Counted from the first letter of the stretch, positions 28,458-38,497 are shown. The stretch: DNA of 64,000 nucleotides from Minisyncoccia bacterium (GCA_965656375.1 CBFHKH010000001.1:409319-473318), one strand, 5' to 3'. Notes: generated by a model not told the origin, from the letters alone. Numbers and translations are program-made.

Positions 28458-29150
28458 TTATTTTAAAACCTTCCTTACTTTTTCATATACCGTTTCATGG
28501 ATCGCATCTCGAGACAATATCTTCTTTTTCGGAGCACAATCAATCTTGAGGAAATTTTTCTGTGTCTTTGCAAGCCAAAGTGCGCTCGCGCGTGAATTCT
28601 TTTGGAATTCTGTATCTACTTCATGAACATCTTTTTTTGTACCAACATAATTTCTCTTTGAAGCGAGATTGCGCTCTTTCATCATCTTTAAACTCAGATC
28701 AAGTGGTACTGATAGATAGAGAACGATATCTGGCTTTGGAATCTTGAAAACTTTGTATTCCATTTCGTTGAGCCATTCTATGAATGCCTGACGCTTGGCT
28801 GCACTCTTTATCTTGCCTCCTTGGTGAATCTGATTTGCACTCACATATCGATTCGCAATTACTATGTATCCCTTCTTTAACCACAATTCCATTTCTCCTT
28901 TTGATTCAGAACGATCAGCCGCATAGAGTACCGATGCGATCTTTGGATGCACTTTTACAAAGTTATAGTATTGCTCAGAAAGACAGTGGCCAATAAATTT
29001 ACCGAAAAAATTTTTGTAGTATTCTGGAAAGTCTACAGTCTTTACCGTATACCCGTCTTTTTTCAATCGTTTCACTAAAAGGCCAACTTGCGTCGCCTTT
29101 CCTGATCCATCTGTACCATCGATAACAATTAATTTTCCTTTTTTATTCAT
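28458..29150 (-). CDS. tmk: Thymidylate (dTMP) kinase
   Basis: P-loop IVIDGTDGSGKAT and a DRY-like motif. Confidence 0.9.
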   Translation of the reverse strand: MNKKGKLIVIDGTDGSGKATQVGLLVKRLKKDGYTVKTVDFPEYYKNFFGKFIGHCLSEQYYNFVKVHPKIASVLYAADRSESKGEMELWLKKGYIVIANRYVSANQIHQGGKIKSAAKRQAFIEWLNEMEYKVFKIPKPDIVLYLSVPLDLSLKMMKERNLASKRNYVGTKKDVHEVDTEFQKNSRASALWLAKTQKNFLKIDCAPKKKILSRDAIHETVYEKVRKVLK

Positions 29151-29499
29151 TTTCTTTTATTTGTGGCGGATTCTTTGAATCCAAAATGATCTTTTCGAGA
29201 TCCTCTGTTTGTTTAATATTTCTGAGTCGTACTATCAATGCATTATAGAAAGAAATCAATTCCTGATAGTATGTATCTTTCTTTATATCAGTTGATAGTT
29301 CTAATTTTCGATCATCTAATTGTTCAGCAAATGTCATGAGAGTAGATACATTCTGGCGTATCGTTTCAACCGACGCTTTTCCTTTCGATAAAAAGTCAAA
29401 TCCTGCTATCTGATTTTTCATGTCATTAACAAGCTCCATAAAATCTTCATGTTCTGTGATTGTCTTTTTTTGTTCTGGTTTATTTAATCCTTCAGGCAT
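29143..29499 (-). CDS. Hypothetical small coiled-coil protein
   Basis: ORF inside the dTTP operon. Start chosen at MPEGLNK to avoid overlap with the upstream Nudix gene. Confidence 0.4.
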   Translation of the reverse strand: MPEGLNKPEQKKTITEHEDFMELVNDMKNQIAGFDFLSKGKASVETIRQNVSTLMTFAEQLDDRKLELSTDIKKDTYYQELISFYNALIVRLRNIKQTEDLEKIILDSKNPPQIKENE

Positions 29500-29504
29500 A
29501 TTAT

Positions 29505-29966
29505 TTATTCTCCTAATTCTTTTAATGCTTCTTCTGCATAGAATCGTATATTTGGTACAAGATCCATTGTGGCAAGATCTTCTTTTGTGCACCATCTGAT
29601 TTCAACGCCTTTTTCATGATCAAGTATTGAATCAGAGATCGTATCTGACTTGCATGTTGCAAAATATACCATAAACACGTGTTCATGGATATCATTAACT
29701 TTATTTCGTCCCATATATCGTGGAGAAGGAATAGGTTTTATCAAGTCATCAGTTGGTGGAACCTTGCCAGATGCAATTACGATATCAAGACCTACTTCCT
29801 CTTTTGCTTCTCTGATTACAGCTTCGATTGGATCTTCATCCAATTCTATATGACCTCCAGGCACGAGCCACCGGTGATGCTTTTCATGCATACGAAGAAG
29901 AACTTTATTCTTGTACACAATAAATACATCTACAGTGAAATCTATTTTTTCATGAATATGGGGCAT
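29505..29966 (-). CDS. NUDIX hydrolase
   Basis: Nudix box GGHIELDEDPIEAVIREAKEEVGL. Confidence 0.8.
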   Translation of the reverse strand: MPHIHEKIDFTVDVFIVYKNKVLLRMHEKHHRWLVPGGHIELDEDPIEAVIREAKEEVGLDIVIASGKVPPTDDLIKPIPSPRYMGRNKVNDIHEHVFMVYFATCKSDTISDSILDHEKGVEIRWCTKEDLATMDLVPNIRFYAEEALKELGE

Positions 29967-29970
29967 ATTA

Positions 29971-30543
29971 TTATAAATAATCTTTTAGTATTTCATAAAT
30001 TTCGGGCCGCTCTTTTTCTAAATAGGCTCGGGATTTAAGCGGTAACTTTTTTATTTCTAATCCATATGTATTGGCAAGTTTTAGAATTTTATCTTCAGCT
30101 TCCTTCGCTTTATCTTTATCATCTACCATAACTTCAATCTCAACAGCATTATAACCAAAGCTCGTTTCATCTATATCAATATTAAAATCTTCTTTTTTGT
30201 ATTTTTTTCTTTTCGTAGTGAAATCACATACATATTGCATATCATTCAAAACAATTTCATTGAGAGAACGTGTGTCTTTTGTAAATCCGAGAAAATCTTT
30301 TATCTCTTGATCATTTTCAATTTCTCGAGCAATCTCGATAGTAGATACTGTATCAGGCTGGTAAATCTTCATTTCGTATCCAGAATCTCTTTTGCGTAAT
30401 CTATTTCCTGATTTGTATATTCTAAAATCAGGAAAATCATAATATAAATCACGTATATTTTTTTCTCCAAGAAATTCTGCGTCTTCAAGTAAAGCTGCCA
30501 TCTGTTCTTCTGTTGGTTGGAATTTTCTTTCTACTTCTATCAT
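29971..30543 (-). CDS. CYTH-domain protein (triphosphate tunnel metalloenzyme; class IV adenylyl cyclase/thiamine-triphosphatase-like)
   Basis: N-terminal EVERKF (ExExK) signature of CYTH. Start chosen at MIEVERKF, directly after the glyA stop. Confidence 0.7.
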   Translation of the reverse strand: MIEVERKFQPTEEQMAALLEDAEFLGEKNIRDLYYDFPDFRIYKSGNRLRKRDSGYEMKIYQPDTVSTIEIAREIENDQEIKDFLGFTKDTRSLNEIVLNDMQYVCDFTTKRKKYKKEDFNIDIDETSFGYNAVEIEVMVDDKDKAKEAEDKILKLANTYGLEIKKLPLKSRAYLEKERPEIYEILKDYL

Positions 30544-30544
30544 A

Positions 30545-31801
30545 TTAGATAAAACTCTTTGGTATTGGATGCTTATGGGCAAGAGCTTTAACTTTGTCTT
30601 TAATCTCGGCCTTCTTGCTTGCATCATCTTTATTTCTAAGTGTCTCTATGAGAAGCTTTGCAACTTCCGCACAATCTTCTTCTTTAAATCCTCGCGTTGT
30701 AATCGCAGGTGTTCCAAAGCGAATACCAGACGGATCAAGTGGTTTACGAGTATCGTTTGCTATCGAGTTCATATTAAGCGTAATTCCTACCTCATCAAGG
30801 ACTGTCTGTGCTTCCTTGCCTGTTACTCCGAGCGAGCCGAAAACATCGGCGAGAATAAGATGATTGTCTGTTCCTCCACCAATCATACGCACACCTTCAT
30901 CCTTGAGAACTTTTTCCATTGCTTTCGCATTTTTGAGTACCTGCTGGGCATATTCTTTGAATTCCGGGCGAAGTGCTTCACCAAATGCAATCGCTTTTGC
31001 TGCAATCGTATGCATGTGTGGACCACCTTGAATTCCAGGAAAAATAGATTTGTCGATCTTCTTTGCGATTTCTTCGTCCTCACGAGTAAGTATCATTCCT
31101 CCGCGTGGACCACGAAGTGTCTTGTGAGTAGTAGTTGTAATGATGTCGAATCCAAAATCAAATGGATTCGGAAGTGCCTTCGCAGCGATGAGCCCCGCGA
31201 TGTGCGCCATGTCTGCCATTGTGATCGCACCGACTTCTCGGGCTATATCTACGAACTTCTGATAGTCCAGAGTGCGTGAATATGCAGAGAATCCAGCAAG
31301 GATGATCTTTGGTTTTGTTTCGAGTGCAACTTCTCGAAGAGCATCATAATCTATCTCTCCTGTTTCTGGATCTTTCATTTTGTAGGTGACGAAGTTATAG
31401 ATCTTTGCAGGCAGAGTCATAGGATGACCGTGCGTTAGGTGTCCGCCATGAGAAAGATCCATACCAAGGACAGTATCTCCCGGAGAAAGAAGTGCAGCAT
31501 AGACTGCAAGATTTGCAGGCGCACCAGAGTGTGGCTGAACATTAGCATACTTGGCACCAAAGAGTTCGCATGCACGCGCTATTGCAAGTCTCTCGACTTG
31601 GTCTGTAAAATCCTGTCCACCATAGTATCGCTTGCCTGGATATCCTTCAGAATATTTGTTTGTGAATACTGAGCCGTTAGCTTCTCGGACTGCCATCGAG
31701 ACATAGTTTTCTGATGGTATGAGCTCGAGTCCATCCTCCTCACGAGTAATCTCCCCGTCTATAGCTTTTTGCACCTCTTCGTCCTGTAGTTCGATATACA
31801 T
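30545..31801 (-). CDS. glyA: Serine hydroxymethyltransferase
   Basis: LELIPSENYVS...TTTTHKTLRGPRGG (PLP-lysine) motifs. Confidence 0.95.
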   Translation of the reverse strand: MYIELQDEEVQKAIDGEITREEDGLELIPSENYVSMAVREANGSVFTNKYSEGYPGKRYYGGQDFTDQVERLAIARACELFGAKYANVQPHSGAPANLAVYAALLSPGDTVLGMDLSHGGHLTHGHPMTLPAKIYNFVTYKMKDPETGEIDYDALREVALETKPKIILAGFSAYSRTLDYQKFVDIAREVGAITMADMAHIAGLIAAKALPNPFDFGFDIITTTTHKTLRGPRGGMILTREDEEIAKKIDKSIFPGIQGGPHMHTIAAKAIAFGEALRPEFKEYAQQVLKNAKAMEKVLKDEGVRMIGGGTDNHLILADVFGSLGVTGKEAQTVLDEVGITLNMNSIANDTRKPLDPSGIRFGTPAITTRGFKEEDCAEVAKLLIETLRNKDDASKKAEIKDKVKALAHKHPIPKSFI

Positions 31802-31852
31802 ATGCCAATTTTAGCACGTTGAACAAGAAAGCAAAAACTGTATAATGAAACT

Positions 31853-32794
31853 ATGAAAGAAGACCATGTAGACCTAATTTATCTCGACCTTTTAGAGCGT
31901 ATCAAGCGTGAAGGTGCAAAGAAAACTGATCGTACAGGTACTGGTACCCTCTCTCTCTTAGGTCACCAGATGCGTTTTGATCTATCAAAAGGATTCCCGC
32001 TACTCACAACAAAAAAGCTGCCGATCAAAGCGATCATCCATGAATTGATTTGGTTTCTTCGTGGCGATACAAATTTAAAATATCTTGCAGATAACAATGT
32101 ACATATTTGGGATGAGTGGCCGTACAAAGCGTACCTACTTAAAAACAACATCGAAGTTCCGAAAACTGGAAGTGATGAATGGAATACTGGTATTAAAGAA
32201 TTCATTGAAAGAATAAAAACAGATGATCAATTTGCAAAAGAGTATGGCAACTTGGGTCCTATTTATGGATACCAGTGGCGAAACTGGCCAGCTCCGAATG
32301 GCGAACATATTGATCAGTTAAAAAATGTTATAGATCAAATAAAACAAACTCCAGATTCTCGCAGACTTATAGTTTCTGCTTGGAATGTCGCGGATATAGA
32401 CGAGATGGCAAAAGCGGGACTCCCCCCATGTCATTGTCTTTTTCAATTTTATGTTGCTGATGGCAAGCTCTCGTGCCAACTCTACCAGCGTAGTTGTGAT
32501 ACATTCTTAGGTGTGCCGTTTAACATTGCATCATATGCTTTGCTTACAATGATAATCGCTCAAGTTACAGGACTTACTCCTGGAGAATTTGTATGGACTG
32601 GTGGAGACACGCATCTGTATCTCAATCATTTGGAACAAGCAGACCTCCAACTCTCAAGAAAAGACGACATTCGCCCAATGCCAACAATGAAAATCAATCC
32701 AGAAAAGAAAAGTATAGAAGACTTTACTATAGAAGACTTCGAACTTGTCGATTACAATCCTCACGATGCTATCAAAGCACCGATCGCTGTATAG
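31853..32794 (+). CDS. thyA: Thymidylate synthase (ThyA type)
   Basis: Catalytic Cys motif [11 protein letters not shown] plus other conserved ThyA blocks. Confidence 0.95.
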   Translation: MKEDHVDLIYLDLLERIKREGAKKTDRTGTGTLSLLGHQMRFDLSKGFPLLTTKKLPIKAIIHELIWFLRGDTNLKYLADNNVHIWDEWPYKAYLLKNNIEVPKTGSDEWNTGIKEFIERIKTDDQFAKEYGNLGPIYGYQWRNWPAPNGEHIDQLKNVIDQIKQTPDSRRLIVSAWNVADIDEMAKAGLPPCHCLFQFYVADGKLSCQLYQRSCDTFLGVPFNIASYALLTMIIAQVTGLTPGEFVWTGGDTHLYLNHLEQADLQLSRKDDIRPMPTMKINPEKKSIEDFTIEDFELVDYNPHDAIKAPIAV

Positions 32795-32796
32795 GT

Positions 32797-33315
32797 ATGA
32801 TCATCTCGCAAATAGCTGCAGTTGCACAAAATGGTGTCATTGGAGGAGGTAATACCCTCCTTTGGGATTTGCCTGCTGATATGAAGCACTTTCGTGACAC
32901 TACTCGCGGACATACTGTCATAATGGGAAGGAAGACATTTGAAAGTATTGGTAAACCATTACCAAATAGAAAAAATATCGTGATAACACGTGATGCAAGC
33001 TATACTCATGATGGAATAGATGTAGTAGGCTCCCTTGAAGAAGCATTGCGCCTGGCCGCGCTCGAACAAGGGAAAGAATTTGAGGAAAATCAGGAAGAAG
33101 TCGAGGTGTTTGTAATCGGTGGAGGAGAAATATACAAACAGGCAATGGAGAAAGCAAATAAACTCTATATTACGGAAATCCATCAAGACTTCGAAGGAGA
33201 TACGCTATTTCCTACCATTGATAAAAATATATGGAAGGAAACAGTCCGCGAAGATCACAAAGATGAATCAATTCCTTATTCATTTATAGAATACAAAAAG
33301 ATTGACCAAAAATAG
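32797..33315 (+). CDS. folA: Dihydrofolate reductase
   Basis: MIISQIAAVAQNGVIGGGNTLLWDLPADMKHFRDTTRGHTVIMGRKTFESIG. The ATG is 2 nt after the thyA stop, the classic thyA-folA pairing. Confidence 0.9.
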   Translation: MIISQIAAVAQNGVIGGGNTLLWDLPADMKHFRDTTRGHTVIMGRKTFESIGKPLPNRKNIVITRDASYTHDGIDVVGSLEEALRLAALEQGKEFEENQEEVEVFVIGGGEIYKQAMEKANKLYITEIHQDFEGDTLFPTIDKNIWKETVREDHKDESIPYSFIEYKKIDQK

Positions 33316-33336
33316 CTAATATGCGAAACTCATACC

Positions 33337-33873
33337 ATGATCCTCTCTGACACAAAAATTTTAGAACATATAGAAAAGGGCGACATTGTTATCACACCAT
33401 TTGATCCTGTGAACATGGGTGGCAATTCATATGATGTACATTTGAGTAAATATTTTGCTCAATATGTAGATGATGAAATAGATGCCAAGAAGCACAATCA
33501 AATTAAACATTTCGAAATTCCTGATGAAGGATTTGTCCTTATGCCTGGAGAATTGTATCTCGCCTCAACTCTTGAATACACAGAATCCCACATCCATGTA
33601 CCCTTCCTCGAAGGAAAGTCATCGACAGGAAGACTTGGGATTGATATCCATGCTACAGCAGGTAAGGGTGATGTTGGATTCTCTGGCTACTGGACGCTTG
33701 AGATTTCAACATCAAAACCTGTACGAATATATCCTGGCATGCCGATCGGACAACTAATCTATTATGTTGTCGAAGGTCCTGTAGAGCGCGTCTATCACAA
33801 AAAAGAAACTGCAAAGTATAGTGATCAAGGAAAACTACCAAAAGAATCCATGATGTGGAAAAATCTTCAATAA
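33337..33873 (+). CDS. dcd: dCTP deaminase
   Basis: dCTP deaminase/dUTPase-fold motifs, with a high match over the full length. Confidence 0.9.
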   Translation: MILSDTKILEHIEKGDIVITPFDPVNMGGNSYDVHLSKYFAQYVDDEIDAKKHNQIKHFEIPDEGFVLMPGELYLASTLEYTESHIHVPFLEGKSSTGRLGIDIHATAGKGDVGFSGYWTLEISTSKPVRIYPGMPIGQLIYYVVEGPVERVYHKKETAKYSDQGKLPKESMMWKNLQ

Positions 33874-33877
33874 TAAA

Positions 33878-33906
33878 AACTCCTCAGTATTTGAGGAGTT
33901 TTTATT
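33878..33906. terminator. Bidirectional terminator between dcd and htrA
   Basis: aaaaactcctcagtatttgaggagttttt perfect hairpin. Confidence 0.7.
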
Positions 33907-33908
33907 AT

Positions 33909-35228
33909 TTACATTCCATCTGGTGCAGCATCGAGGGTAAGCGTGAGCGTTTTCTCAACTCCTTTCGAAAGGACCTTTAGTGTTATCCTATCGCCTACTT
34001 TTTTAGATCGTATAAGAGATGCGAAATCATTGTCTTCTTTTATCTTTGTACCATTCATCTCAAGTACGATATCATTCTCAACGATACCTGCACGATCAGC
34101 AGGCGATCCGGGGATAACTGCGATTTCGGCCGCTCCCTTGCCACGGGCGACTAACACTCCATAGTCAACAGAAAGATTGTTCTTCGTTTTCAGATCAGAA
34201 GTAATGGTAACATACCGGAATCCTACATACGGCCGTACAATCTTCCCGGTTCTTTTCACTGAATCTATTGCACTTTTTACACTATTCACAGGGAGCGCAA
34301 ATCCTACATTTGAAGATCCCTGAACAACTGCGACATTAATACCGATCACATTGCCATGAAGATCAAGCAATGGGCCACCAGAATTCCCAGGATTAATCGC
34401 TGCATCAGTTTGAATTACTTTATCGAGTCTCTCCGACATTCCTTGTCCATCACCTGCAATCACTGAGCGGGAAAGTCCAGAGACAACACCGACTGAAACA
34501 GTATTTTTAAATTCACCAAGTGCATTGCCGATAGCGATGACACTCTGCCCTACTTCGAGAGCATTCGAGTCGCCAAGATTCAAATACGGAAGCCCACTTG
34601 CTGTAATTTTTATAAGTGCTATATCGAGAATTCCGTCTCGTGCGAGAACTGTCGCATTGTATTTAGTCCCATTATTCAGAAGTACTTCGTAAACCGCATT
34701 TGTATCAGAAACGACATGCTTGTTCGTTACGATCAAACCATCTGAAGATATGAGAAATCCGGAGCCGCTACCAATCTGCTTCTTTTCAGTTCCGTTCTCC
34801 TTATACGTTGGAGTCTGGAACAATCCCGGGAACATTCCACCGAATGGATCACTTCCTTGGTCATACGATACCTCATATTTTGGAACTTCTTTACTCACAA
34901 CGATAGATACGACTGCTGGTCGTGCTATCTTTACAGCATCCACTACGGTTTCCTGTCGTGTAGAAGCTGTTTGAAGCGGTACTGTGTCAGCGACTTTAGC
35001 TGCTAGATCCCCTGGCAAGGTTATATCGTTTGTACTGGCAATTTGATTTTGCTCTTTGGTATATCCCGTTGCTAAAACTTTAAAAATAGCTGCTCGATAA
35101 TGCCATGCAAGAAGTGCAAATAGAGAAAGTGTGATAATCACCGTGGCAAGACTGATAAGGATAGTCCGAACCACAGGATCCCTAAACATTTCCTTTATTT
35201 TCTTTACGGTCAAACGTGAATTTTCCAT
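33909..35228 (-). CDS. HtrA/DegP-family serine protease with PDZ domain
   Basis: N-terminal TM; catalytic H (TNKHVV), D and GNSGGPL Ser motif; C-terminal PDZ. Confidence 0.85.
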   Translation of the reverse strand: MENSRLTVKKIKEMFRDPVVRTILISLATVIITLSLFALLAWHYRAAIFKVLATGYTKEQNQIASTNDITLPGDLAAKVADTVPLQTASTRQETVVDAVKIARPAVVSIVVSKEVPKYEVSYDQGSDPFGGMFPGLFQTPTYKENGTEKKQIGSGSGFLISSDGLIVTNKHVVSDTNAVYEVLLNNGTKYNATVLARDGILDIALIKITASGLPYLNLGDSNALEVGQSVIAIGNALGEFKNTVSVGVVSGLSRSVIAGDGQGMSERLDKVIQTDAAINPGNSGGPLLDLHGNVIGINVAVVQGSSNVGFALPVNSVKSAIDSVKRTGKIVRPYVGFRYVTITSDLKTKNNLSVDYGVLVARGKGAAEIAVIPGSPADRAGIVENDIVLEMNGTKIKEDNDFASLIRSKKVGDRITLKVLSKGVEKTLTLTLDAAPDGM

Positions 35229-35280
35229 ATACGTTGTATTATATCAAAACTTATTTTATAAATAAAAATACTTTTTTACC

Positions 35281-36075
35281 TTACGCAAAAAAGCCTTCAT
35301 TTTTCAGATTGTCATACTCACGCTCAATGATTTCCTTAGCATACGGCAATACATGAATGAGAGAGCGCTTTGTCGTCGTATGGTCTACTGTATAGCTTCG
35401 AATAATCGCTCCGCGAACCTCACGAATTGATCCTTTGAATGTGCTCTGACGTGTATGGTGTTTGCTCTTACGACTTGGGTTCGGAATCGTCATTTTTAAA
35501 AATACTCCATAATCCATGAGTGCGTTGTACCATTCCTTAGGATATTCACTATCCATATATTTTCCTATAAGCGGTAGAAGTTTCGTATCGGGAATTTTCT
35601 TTGATTTTGGAAAAAAGAAATGAATGAACACTGCTCGTATGTTTGTTTCAATAAGAACTTGTGACTTTTCATAGGCAAACACCATAATCGCAGATGCGGT
35701 ATACGGACCGATACCAGGAAGAGCGCAGAGCTCTTCATATGTTTTTGGGAATATTCCTTTATAATGTTTTACAACTGTCCGTGCGATACGAGAGAGATAC
35801 AACGCCCGACGATTATATCCAAGCCCTTGCCACATTTCCAATACCTCTCTCGTAGATGCGGTGGCGAGAACTTTAATAGTAGGAAACTTTTTCAGGAATG
35901 CTTTGTATTTTGGAATAACTCTCGGTGCTTGTGTTTGCTGGAGCATAAGCTCAGAGACGAGAACCTTGTATGGATCACGCGTTTCTCGCCATGGCAGGGA
36001 GCGTTTATTTTTCCTGTAGTAGGTATACATTTTCGATTGGAATGCTTTCTTTGTAAGGCGATTTGGAGTATCCAT
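35281..36075 (-). CDS. HhH-GPD DNA glycosylase, MutY/Nth-like, lacking the Fe-S cluster loop
   Basis: LPWR..DPYKVLVSE.MLQQT...; HhH with GIGPYTA; catalytic MDYG Asp. Only one Cys in the whole protein, so no C-x6-C-x2-C-x5-C loop. Confidence 0.75.
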   Translation of the reverse strand: MDTPNRLTKKAFQSKMYTYYRKNKRSLPWRETRDPYKVLVSELMLQQTQAPRVIPKYKAFLKKFPTIKVLATASTREVLEMWQGLGYNRRALYLSRIARTVVKHYKGIFPKTYEELCALPGIGPYTASAIMVFAYEKSQVLIETNIRAVFIHFFFPKSKKIPDTKLLPLIGKYMDSEYPKEWYNALMDYGVFLKMTIPNPSRKSKHHTRQSTFKGSIREVRGAIIRSYTVDHTTTKRSLIHVLPYAKEIIEREYDNLKNEGFFA

Positions 36076-36097
36076 TTTTCTACTATACTATAGAGGT

Positions 36098-37744
36098 ATG
36101 AGGAGGCTCAAATACATATTCATCATAGTTATATCATTCAGCATTCTGCACAGCGCAGAAGCGCTTGATATACAATACGGAAGTATCTTGAGTGTAAAAG
36201 GAACGAATGTCCTTATCGAATATTATGGTATTGGCAAAAAGCAGAATTATCTCTGTAGTGTTACTACAAGATCCTGCAGTGCTACAAAAAAAGTTACTCT
36301 TGGCATTCCTCCTACCCAAAAAATTCAAGCATCACTCGAACAAGAATTAAAAGAAAAGAAAGCAGGTCACGTAACTCTATCCCCTGATGAAAAACTCGTC
36401 GCCTATTATAGAGGAGGGACAGATGCGAATCCCACTCGCATATACACAGTCAGAGATTTGGAAACGAAAAAAGAATACAGTATCTCAAGCTCTGTCGCAT
36501 ATTGGGATCTTGTAGATGATCAGGGACGAGTATTTGATTTCTCTCCAGATAGCAAAAGTCTCGCGTATATCGATGATAAAGATGGAACTATTGCACTCTA
36601 TATCACAGACACGACAAAGCTCACAGATGAAGTAATCACAAGCACAAAACTATCGACAACCGCCTACCAAGTCGATGACTTTCTTTTTACCGATAAAGAT
36701 ACGATGTATTATGTCGGCAATACAAAAGAAAACCCATATGGATGGTCACTGTATAGATATAATCTTAAGACAAACAAAGATGTAGTTGTAGAATCGAACG
36801 TCTCATATAGTAGCCCGATCAGAAAAATCGGGACTTCTCTTGTATTCGGCAAACTCCAAGCAAAAGGATATGGGCCAGAAATCTATAATTTAAATACCAA
36901 GAAGATCGCACAATTCTCAATTCCGAAAATAAGCACAAAGAAAAGCATCACTAACCAAGAGATCATACAAACAGATACGGTAAAGGGAGTACTGATGACT
37001 CCAACAAAAAAGGATACTAAAAAATCATATCCACTCGTCATCTGGCTTCATGGTGGACCATATCGCCAGACAAGTTACGGATACCATCCATTCCATAGTT
37101 ATGGCCTATACGATTCTATACTCGAACTGTTGCGCAAGAATAACGTCGTAGTGCTCAAGCTTGACTATAGAGGAAGCTTTGGATTCGGGCGTGCATATGC
37201 TGAAGGTATCAAGGGTGCAGTGGGTAAAAGTGATGTGGAAGATGTCATGAACGCGATCACCTACGCGAAGAGTCGCTACAATATAAAAGATGTCTACCTC
37301 ATGGGCAATAGCTATGGTGGATATATGTCCCTCCGAACACTTGTCGAACATCCAGATGCATTTACTGGAGTAGTATCTATCAATGGAGTCACAGACTGGG
37401 AGAGTTTGCTCGTAAAGATGCAAACTTCAATATTTAATACTGAATTTAATGGTCTACCGGATCCGAGCAACCGAGCCCTCTATGACAAAGCTTCCATTGC
37501 TGACAAAATTGAAAATATCGGCAACCAGAAAATCGCAATAATCGCAGGTGAAGCTGACCGAACCATCCCCTTCTGGCAAGCGTCTGATTTCTATAAGAAA
37601 TTAAAAGAAGCAGGTAAAAATGTCACCCTTACATCATATCCGAACGAAGACCATGTGTATAAAGAAAAGAAAACTATGCAAAGTCTCTGTACTGAACTAT
37701 TCAATTTTGTAGGAGTCAAAGTAGATTCAGAATGCAAAAAATAG
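36098..37744 (+). CDS. S9-family serine peptidase (prolyl oligopeptidase/dipeptidyl-peptidase-like), secreted
   Basis: Signal peptide; beta-propeller-like N-terminal region; GNSYGG nucleophile elbow and C-terminal Asp/His. Confidence 0.8.
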   Translation: MRRLKYIFIIVISFSILHSAEALDIQYGSILSVKGTNVLIEYYGIGKKQNYLCSVTTRSCSATKKVTLGIPPTQKIQASLEQELKEKKAGHVTLSPDEKLVAYYRGGTDANPTRIYTVRDLETKKEYSISSSVAYWDLVDDQGRVFDFSPDSKSLAYIDDKDGTIALYITDTTKLTDEVITSTKLSTTAYQVDDFLFTDKDTMYYVGNTKENPYGWSLYRYNLKTNKDVVVESNVSYSSPIRKIGTSLVFGKLQAKGYGPEIYNLNTKKIAQFSIPKISTKKSITNQEIIQTDTVKGVLMTPTKKDTKKSYPLVIWLHGGPYRQTSYGYHPFHSYGLYDSILELLRKNNVVVLKLDYRGSFGFGRAYAEGIKGAVGKSDVEDVMNAITYAKSRYNIKDVYLMGNSYGGYMSLRTLVEHPDAFTGVVSINGVTDWESLLVKMQTSIFNTEFNGLPDPSNRALYDKASIADKIENIGNQKIAIIAGEADRTIPFWQASDFYKKLKEAGKNVTLTSYPNEDHVYKEKKTMQSLCTELFNFVGVKVDSECKK

Positions 37745-37793
37745 TACTGAACTTGAAACGATGTTCGAAATATCATTTTGAGTACAAAATATA

Positions 37794-37827
37794 AAAGGCT
37801 TCTTGGAAAATCCAAGAAGCCTTTTGA
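37794..37827. terminator. Bidirectional terminator
   Basis: aaaggcttcttgg-aaaat-ccaagaagcctttt hairpin. Confidence 0.65.
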
Positions 37828-37845
37828 ATTGATCAAAACAATACT

Positions 37846-38322
37846 TTATAGCTGTGCATATTCATAAATTCCAATTAAACCTCTTTGATGATCAATATAC
37901 CGTACTTTTATTGAAGTTTGAGTAGCCAACTCGGCACTTTCTTCATCTGATTGAACCATCACTAAGCCTCCTTTTCGAACGAATTTGAAGCATTTGCTTT
38001 TTAGTAATAATTTTTGATTTTCCGTAATGGGTGATACATTAAGTACTACTAAATATATTTCGTTTTCACAATTGAAATATACTAACCACAAGCCTACTAA
38101 GTACTTTTCAATTGAAAACACTTCACATTGTTTTCCAACTAAATCTACGTAATTATAAAAGTACTTTTCTGCTCTTTTGTATTCAATCTTAATGTGTGGC
38201 GGATCTATGATTTTTTGAATTTCCCTTTTAAGTTTTTTAGGGATAAACTTTTTAAAAAATGTTGTTACAGTAATAAGTATCTGAGCCAGATACCAACTTT
38301 TCGGGATTGTTTGACTTTTCAT
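37846..38322 (-). CDS. Hypothetical protein (158 aa) in a strongly AT-rich segment
   Basis: ORF with no recognisable domain; flanked by very AT-rich DNA (37750-38507). Confidence 0.45.
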   Translation of the reverse strand: MKSQTIPKSWYLAQILITVTTFFKKFIPKKLKREIQKIIDPPHIKIEYKRAEKYFYNYVDLVGKQCEVFSIEKYLVGLWLVYFNCENEIYLVVLNVSPITENQKLLLKSKCFKFVRKGGLVMVQSDEESAELATQTSIKVRYIDHQRGLIGIYEYAQL

Positions 38323-38469
38323 TTTTTATCAATTTTAGATTTTCCAATTTATTAAATTACTTTAGCTTCCATATTGAAAACCAAAATAATTTAATAAATC
38401 TAAATACAAAATATATTGAGGAGCAATAATTAAGAGTACATTATAATATATTTCATTTTGTGTCAATAA

Positions 38470-38497
38470 GAAAAATCCCTCATTGTGAGGGATTTTA
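38470..38497. terminator. Hairpin/terminator
   Basis: aaaaatccctcattgtgagggatttt. Confidence 0.5.

Noticed and set aside
32593-32796. N-terminal 68-aa extension of the folA ORF that overlaps the thyA 3' end
   Set aside because: The Arg-rich nonsense-like sequence overlaps thyA in another frame. DHFR homology begins exactly at MIISQIAAV (ATG 32797), 2 nt after the thyA stop.
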